Positions 17,076 to 22,109 of a DNA stretch of 22,109 bases are shown here, piece by piece. Location: the sequence record DRR723986_2443. The stretch is one strand, 5' to 3'. Within the stretch, counting starts at the first letter, position 1. The number at the start of each line of letters is the position of its first letter. The position numbers and the translations under genes are program-made. Under the pieces are notes generated by a model that was not told where the DNA came from, made no database searches, and saw only the letters and a program-made list of their open reading frames with translations.

Positions 17076-17723
17076 ATGACTGATCCGGACCTTAAGCTAA
17101 CTCTTGACGAAGATTACAAGGCCGCAGGCTTTGGCGGACAGTTGGGGTTTGGTACAGCGCCTGTGCTGTTGATAATAGACATGTGCATGGCGTACCTTGA
17201 CCCGGCAGCGCCTTTATATGCAGGTATGGAAGCTGAGTACCAGCAGATTGAAAAACTGTTGAAGGCTTTTCGAAGTGCAGGCCGCCCCGTTGTTCATACG
17301 CGGGTAGAGTTTGGTGCTGATGGCGCTGATGGTGGGCTATTCTATAAAAAAGTATCGGCACTAAAATGTTTTGATAAGGGTAGCCCCTTAGCTCTTCCGC
17401 CCGAAGGGTTGGTGCCCGAAGACGGCGAAGTGGTGGTTACTAAACAATATGCCAGTGCTTTCTTTGGTACATCATTGGCTAGCACTCTGCGCGCTATGGG
17501 GTGTGACAGCGTTGTTATTACCGGGGTTAGCACCTCAGGTTGCGTGCGGGCGAGTGCTCTTGATACGCTTCAAAATGGTTTTATCCCGTTAGTTGTTGAA
17601 GACGCCTGCGGTGACCGAGATGCAGGGGTTCACAAGGCGAACATATTCGATCTGAAAGCTAAGTATGCTGACATAGTCTCAACGGATGATATTCTTGCGA
17701 AAGTTAATTCTGGCTGGGATTGA
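17076..17723 (+). CDS. Isochorismatase/cysteine hydrolase family amidohydrolase, maleamate amidohydrolase (NicF)-like
   Basis: Triad Asp35 (IIDM), Lys123 (TKQYASAFFGTSL), Cys156 (STSGCVRAS); GFG.AP N-terminus, APLYA, GDRD...H.ANIFDL..KYAD resemble NicF as recalled. Confidence 0.85.
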   Translation: MTDPDLKLTLDEDYKAAGFGGQLGFGTAPVLLIIDMCMAYLDPAAPLYAGMEAEYQQIEKLLKAFRSAGRPVVHTRVEFGADGADGGLFYKKVSALKCFDKGSPLALPPEGLVPEDGEVVVTKQYASAFFGTSLASTLRAMGCDSVVITGVSTSGCVRASALDTLQNGFIPLVVEDACGDRDAGVHKANIFDLKAKYADIVSTDDILAKVNSGWD

Positions 17724-17785
17724 GTGTATTTATTCTTAACGTGAACTTTGAAGTAAAGCAGCCTTAGTTTTTTGCTCTGTATGGC

Positions 17786-18439
17786 TTAAACGTCTTCATC
17801 AGCATATGTATTCACAAATTTTCTTTGTGCTGAAATAATGTGCGTTTTCATCACGGATGATGCCCACGCACCATCGCGAGATTCGAGCGCATTGATAATG
17901 TCCAGGTGGTGGTCATTGCTGCGCTGGAGCTCCTGCCGGGTATATTGACGGGCTGTTTGCGCAATAAGCGGTGGCTGGACAATTTGGGCAAGGGTATCTG
18001 CCAGTGTTCTGCTTTGTGAAGCGCTAATCAAAATTTGATGAAATGCTTTATTCTCGACCAAAAACACTTCTACTACGGGCGTATTCTTATCATCCAGCAT
18101 GGTTTGTATTTTGCCGTGGATTTTTTTTAGCTCGGTAATTTCATCTTTGGTGATGTGTTGCGCGGCCCGTTCTACTACTATCGATTCTAGTATTGAGCGT
18201 AATTCAAAGATGTCTTTAATATCTTCCACTGTCCATTGATTAACAAAAACCCCTTGATTTCGGTGGGTCACCACATAACGGTCTGTTGCCAATTGGCGCA
18301 GGGCATCTCTTACGGGGGTTCTGCTAACGCCGCACTTTTCTACCAATTCCCCTTCTTTAAGATGAGTTCCTGGCTGGTATCCGCCGTTTAAGATGTTTTC
18401 GCGGATGATGTTATATGCCTTTTCCGTCGCTTTAGACAT
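17786..18439 (-). CDS. GntR family transcriptional regulator, FCD (FadR/VanR-type) effector domain
   Basis: wHTH AYNIIRENILNG...PG..LKE..L....GVSRTPVRDAL..L...RNQGVFV; FCD residues FELRSILE, NKAFH, DHHLDIINAL...D, KTHI. Confidence 0.95.
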   Translation of the reverse strand: MSKATEKAYNIIRENILNGGYQPGTHLKEGELVEKCGVSRTPVRDALRQLATDRYVVTHRNQGVFVNQWTVEDIKDIFELRSILESIVVERAAQHITKDEITELKKIHGKIQTMLDDKNTPVVEVFLVENKAFHQILISASQSRTLADTLAQIVQPPLIAQTARQYTRQELQRSNDHHLDIINALESRDGAWASSVMKTHIISAQRKFVNTYADEDV

Positions 18440-18443
18440 TTAG

Positions 18444-18487
18444 TTTGTATACTCCACCGCAGAAAATTTATCTTTAATGTATACAAT
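18444..18487. promoter_or_regulatory. Two TGTATAC operator sites between gntR and the TonB-dependent receptor
   Basis: TTTGTATACT (18444-18453, overlapping the gntR RBS) and AATGTATACAAT (18476-18487), identical to the 12-mer at 15758-15769. Confidence 0.75.
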
Positions 18488-18630
18488 TATCCAAAATATG
18501 CAATATAGTGCCTTCGCGGATAACTCTATACGTCGAAGCATCGCATAGCTTGCGGGTTTTGTCTGGTAACAAATGTTTGCTGGCTAGTGGGTAGATGAGA
18601 ATACGCCGTTGGGAATATGAGGAGGGGACT

Positions 18631-21219
18631 ATGACTTCAAAGATTTTTCGCACGCGCACCACTGCGGGTGTTTCTGGTATTGCTGTACTAACAGCAGCTT
18701 TTTTCGCATCACCCGCGATAGCGCAACAAAGTGATGACGAAGGTTTCTCGCTGGAAGAAATTGTTGTGACAGCGCGTCGCCGCTCGGAAAGCTTGAAAGA
18801 TGTGCCGGGTACTGTGTCAGTAATCTCTGCATCAACTATTCGGGGTGCTGGCGTGGAACGCGCAGAAGATTTCATCGCACTTACTCCTGGTGTCACAATG
18901 GTGAATGCTGCCGAGGTTGGAGACACGCAGGTTAACATTCGCGGCATTAACGGTGCCCGCGATGCCGAAAATAGCTTTGCCTATATTCTAGACGGTATTC
19001 TTTATACCAACCCCGCAGCGTTTAACCGCGAATATACCAACTTGTCCCAGATTGAAATATTCAAAGGGCCGCAGGGCGCCATATACGGCCGGAATGCGGC
19101 CGCAGGCGCAATTATCGTTAAAACGACCACGCCAGACAATGAAGTTGCCGTCAACGGCACCGCAAGTTTTGCAGAAGATAACAGCTATTTGTTGAAAGCA
19201 GCTGTGTCAGGGCCGATTGTTGAAGACGAAATGTTTTTCCGCTTGTCGGCTGACTGGCGCAAATCTGATGGTTTTTTCAGGAATAGTTTCCAAAATAATG
19301 CCAAAATTGTTGATCGCTTCGAAGGCTACAACATTAACGGTCGTTTGATTTGGGAAGCTTCAGAAAACCTGACTGTCGATACGAAAATGCGCTACGGGCA
19401 AGTAGATGCAGGGTCGATCACTTTTAACTCTACATTTAATCTGCCAGTTTTTGCCGCGGGTACTAATACGCCTGCCGCATTTCAGGATGTGAACGACTTT
19501 GATTTCCTGTTCCAGTCCAATATTGCCTCTGACAATGATCAAGAATCTTTCGAGGTTTCTACCAAATTTGATTATGACCTGGACGGTATGGTTTTAACCG
19601 GTTGGGTTTTGTATAGCGATATTGATAACAACCTTATTTCAGACGGTACGTCCGCGGCTTTTGGTTTTTATGCACCTGATGCAGCGTGCCAACAATCTAT
19701 TGCAGACCTTAATGCTGCAGGCCAAACGCTACTTGCGCCTCAGTTTATTGGTCAAACCCCAACGGGGGTCATTTTCGATCCTAATGGTTCGTTCCTTGGC
19801 GCCTATACGCCAAGTACATGTGACGGTATCCAGGAGCAGCTTCGCAATCAAAGAGACCTTAGTGCTGAACTGCGCCTGGCCTCAGATACCGACGGTGACA
19901 TGCGATGGATGATCGGTGCCTACTTCCTTGATATTGACCGCCAGGTTGGTGTGTCTTTGAACAGAGACGGTGGTGCAGACCCAATTAGGGGGCTATACCA
20001 ACCAACAGGGCCAAATGCCACGGCTTCGCTTATTCATGATCAGTTTGATAGCACAGTTTTTGCCGTTTTCGGACAGCTTCAGTATGACGTGAATGAAGAT
20101 GTCGAACTTTCTTTGGCGTTGCGTTACGACAACGAAAACCGGGAAGTGTCCAGCCTTGTGCCTTTTGGTGCAACGCAGTCAGTCATTGATCTGGATTTTG
20201 ATGGTGTTTTTAATGATCCACTCAATCCCGCACTTTCAAGTTTGATTAATTCAACCGGGACAATTCCAGACCAGGAACAAACGTTCTCGGAGTTTCAGCC
20301 TAAAGTCGCGCTAACATGGGATGCAGATGAAGACCTTACTCTGTTCGCCAGTTGGGGTGTTGGCTTTAAGGCCGGTGGTTTCAATAATTCAGGCAGTGCA
20401 GCCACGGTAAATATCTTCAACAATAGTTTCATTAACGGCGGCATCGGTATTAACTTTGCTGACGACCTTGGTGTAGTGCTTCCAGTGATCACGGACGATT
20501 ATGAAGAAGAAACATCAAGCGCATTTGAGGCAGGCTTCAAATCCAACTTGTTTGATGGCCGGGTGCAGCTGTCAGGTTCGGCTTACTATACTAAAGTAAG
20601 TGATATGCAATTCTTCGAATTCTTCGTTGGTACGTTTGGTTTGTTGCGTGTTGTTTCTAACATTGATGAAGTTGAGCTTTACGGCGGCGAACTGGGTGTC
20701 ACCGTTCATCTGGACGAGCACTTCCGGGTATTTGGAGGTGCGAACTTTACTGAAAGCGAAATTCAGGAAAACAGTTCACGGCCTGACACGGTTGGCAACA
20801 AATCACCCTACACGCCTGACTATACAATTAACGCCGGTGCAGACTTTGACTATCCGATTACGGAATCGCTCACCTTGTTTGGCCGGGTCGATGCACAGTT
20901 TATTGGTGCTACCTGGTTCCATACTGTGCAGGAAGGCCAGCGGTCTACCATATTCCAGCCTCTGTTTGAGCTTGGCTTTGGTGCCGGTGCCGGAGCACTT
21001 GGTATAGCAGACTTCTCGAATGCACAGCGTGATAGTTATCACATCGTTGACATCCGGGTTGGTATACGCGGCGAAGGTTGGGCGCTTACGGCGTTTGGTT
21101 CAAATATTACTAACCAAAACTATCTGGAAGAAGTGATCCCTGCACCTGAGTTTGGCGGGTCGTTTAATCATCCGGGCGCTTTAAGTCGTTATGGGGTTGA
21201 GGTTTCTTTTAACTTCTAG
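18631..21219 (+). CDS. TonB-dependent outer-membrane receptor
   Basis: Signal peptide ending AIA-Q, TonB box LEEIVVTARRR, plug motifs NIRG, DG, IEIFKGPQGAIYGRNAAAGAI, barrel GFKAGGFN, C-terminal YGVEVSFNF. Start placed at ATG 18631 because GAGGAGGGG directly precedes it. Confidence 0.95.
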   Translation: MTSKIFRTRTTAGVSGIAVLTAAFFASPAIAQQSDDEGFSLEEIVVTARRRSESLKDVPGTVSVISASTIRGAGVERAEDFIALTPGVTMVNAAEVGDTQVNIRGINGARDAENSFAYILDGILYTNPAAFNREYTNLSQIEIFKGPQGAIYGRNAAAGAIIVKTTTPDNEVAVNGTASFAEDNSYLLKAAVSGPIVEDEMFFRLSADWRKSDGFFRNSFQNNAKIVDRFEGYNINGRLIWEASENLTVDTKMRYGQVDAGSITFNSTFNLPVFAAGTNTPAAFQDVNDFDFLFQSNIASDNDQESFEVSTKFDYDLDGMVLTGWVLYSDIDNNLISDGTSAAFGFYAPDAACQQSIADLNAAGQTLLAPQFIGQTPTGVIFDPNGSFLGAYTPSTCDGIQEQLRNQRDLSAELRLASDTDGDMRWMIGAYFLDIDRQVGVSLNRDGGADPIRGLYQPTGPNATASLIHDQFDSTVFAVFGQLQYDVNEDVELSLALRYDNENREVSSLVPFGATQSVIDLDFDGVFNDPLNPALSSLINSTGTIPDQEQTFSEFQPKVALTWDADEDLTLFASWGVGFKAGGFNNSGSAATVNIFNNSFINGGIGINFADDLGVVLPVITDDYEEETSSAFEAGFKSNLFDGRVQLSGSAYYTKVSDMQFFEFFVGTFGLLRVVSNIDEVELYGGELGVTVHLDEHFRVFGGANFTESEIQENSSRPDTVGNKSPYTPDYTINAGADFDYPITESLTLFGRVDAQFIGATWFHTVQEGQRSTIFQPLFELGFGAGAGALGIADFSNAQRDSYHIVDIRVGIRGEGWALTAFGSNITNQNYLEEVIPAPEFGGSFNHPGALSRYGVEVSFNF

Positions 21220-21263
21220 GCGATGAGGCATCTACGCTATCTGCTGGATAGTATCTAAATCAT

Positions 21264-21297
21264 AAAAAAAGGGCACCTTGCTGGGTGCCCTTTTTTT
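21264..21297. terminator. Bidirectional Rho-independent terminator between the convergent TBDR and nrtR genes
   Basis: A7-GGGCACC-TTGCTG-GGTGCCC-T7 perfect inverted repeat. Confidence 0.92.
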
Positions 21298-21320
21298 AAT
21301 TTCTATTTTGCTTTGTTTGT

Positions 21321-21989
21321 TTACCGAATGTTCTTAACGCCTTCGCGATCAATAACCCGGTACAGCATTGCGGGGCGATGTGGCCCGCTAGAATATTTCT
21401 TGCCGGTCGCTTCTATAATATTCAAAGAGAATATCCATTTACGGAAGTTACGTTTATCGCGCGGCTTGTCTGTTGCCTTTTCGTATACATCCTGAAGATA
21501 CGACAAAGTAAACTCATCTGGCATTAGCTTTAAGCCAACCGTTGAATATTCCATTTTAGCGGCAAGCCGTTTCCTCGCCTTTTCAAGAATCTCAGCATGA
21601 TCAAACGATAACTTTGGCAAGTCATCAACCGCGAACCATTCGGCCTCAACGGCATCTGTGCCGGCTTCAAGCGTAACATTTTTGCCCGGAATGAGCGCAT
21701 AGTACGCCGCGCTTATGACCCGTTCACGAGGGTCACGATCAACCCGACTAAATGTATAAAGCTGTTCAAGATAAACATCTTTAATACCCGCTTCTTCCTC
21801 AAGCTCTCGTGCGGCACATTCGTCGAGTGTTTCGTCCATTTTTACGAAACCACCAGGAAGTGCCCATTGGCCTTTAAAAGGCTCCATGCCACGTTTGATA
21901 AGAAGAACTTTAAGTGCTCGATCCAAGACAGTTAAAATCACGATGTCCGTGGTGACTGCCGGATGTGGATAATCATATGTATATGTCAT
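21321..21989 (-). CDS. nrtR: NrtR family Nudix-related transcriptional regulator (Nudix + C-terminal wHTH)
   Basis: YPHPAVTTDIVI, LKVLLIKR..EPFKGQWALPGGF, YLEQLYTFS..DRDPRERVIS.AY, L.FDH, EFTLS.LQ.VYE, DKRNFRK, HRPAMLY. Confidence 0.9.
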   Translation of the reverse strand: MTYTYDYPHPAVTTDIVILTVLDRALKVLLIKRGMEPFKGQWALPGGFVKMDETLDECAARELEEEAGIKDVYLEQLYTFSRVDRDPRERVISAAYYALIPGKNVTLEAGTDAVEAEWFAVDDLPKLSFDHAEILEKARKRLAAKMEYSTVGLKLMPDEFTLSYLQDVYEKATDKPRDKRNFRKWIFSLNIIEATGKKYSSGPHRPAMLYRVIDREGVKNIR

Positions 21990-22109
21990 TATAGTATAAC
22001 CCGTAGACCCCCGCTTCCCCCCAACGATGGAAGAAACCTAAGTGCTATAAATATGGCAAAATTGCCAGCTGAAATGCGCCCTAAAACCCAATAGGCGCAT
22101 TCAAGGCTA

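Noticed and set aside
18595-18630. Longer TBDR start at 18595 given by the ORF track
   Set aside because: A strong RBS (GAGGAGGGG) precedes ATG 18631 and the signal peptide begins there
18506-18630. Possible riboswitch in the TBDR leader (weak GTGCCTTCG...CGAAGCAT pairing)
   Set aside because: The pairing is bulged and short, and I recognise no cobalamin, TPP or other riboswitch consensus; an Rfam search would settle it
288-21495. Many short or antisense ORFs in the track (e.g. 288-494, 1966-2427, 3672-4208, 9327-9854, 13533-14201, 15090-15803, 18474-18947)
   Set aside because: They overlap well-supported genes on the opposite strand or another frame, and have no recognisable motifs; typical shadow ORFs
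21987-22030. Leaderless nrtR transcript (TATACT 3 nt upstream of the ATG, weak RBS)
   Set aside because: The spacing is too short for a start at the ATG and G-rich upstream tracts could act as RBS; needs TSS data

Overview
Gene-dense catabolic region of a Gram-negative bacterium. Gene content (TonB-dependent receptor, Na+ symporter, Tat-exported Mo enzyme) suggests a marine alphaproteobacterium, which is an inference. There are 17 CDS and I saw no RNA genes, CRISPR arrays or mobile elements. Left part: a partial S9-type peptidase divergent from an exported D-aminoacylase-family enzyme, a pirin, and an IorAB-type molybdo-aldehyde oxidoreductase. Two modules stand out. (1) A three-gene minus-strand operon (9791->5843) that generic annotation would call Gfo/Idh/MocA + SSS + TauD. 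Its motifs fit a GH188 NAD+-dependent sulfoquinovosidase (SqgA), a Na+:solute symporter and an Fe(II)/2-oxoglutarate sulfoquinovose dioxygenase (SqoD-like). That would be a minimal oxygenolytic sulfoquinovose pathway with no 6-oxo-glucose reductase in the window. (2) A ~10.4 kb GntR(FCD)-associated cluster (10773-21219): ATP-dependent lactamase/hydantoinase AB, HMG-CoA-lyase-family lyase, family III CoA-transferase, NicF-like amidohydrolase and a TonB-dependent receptor. Both of its divergent promoter regions carry the identical 12-mer AATGTATACAAT. It looks like an import and catabolism regulon for an unidentified cyclic amide/imide. The window ends with an NrtR-family regulator that has an intact Nudix box. 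All family calls come from motif recognition, not database searches.
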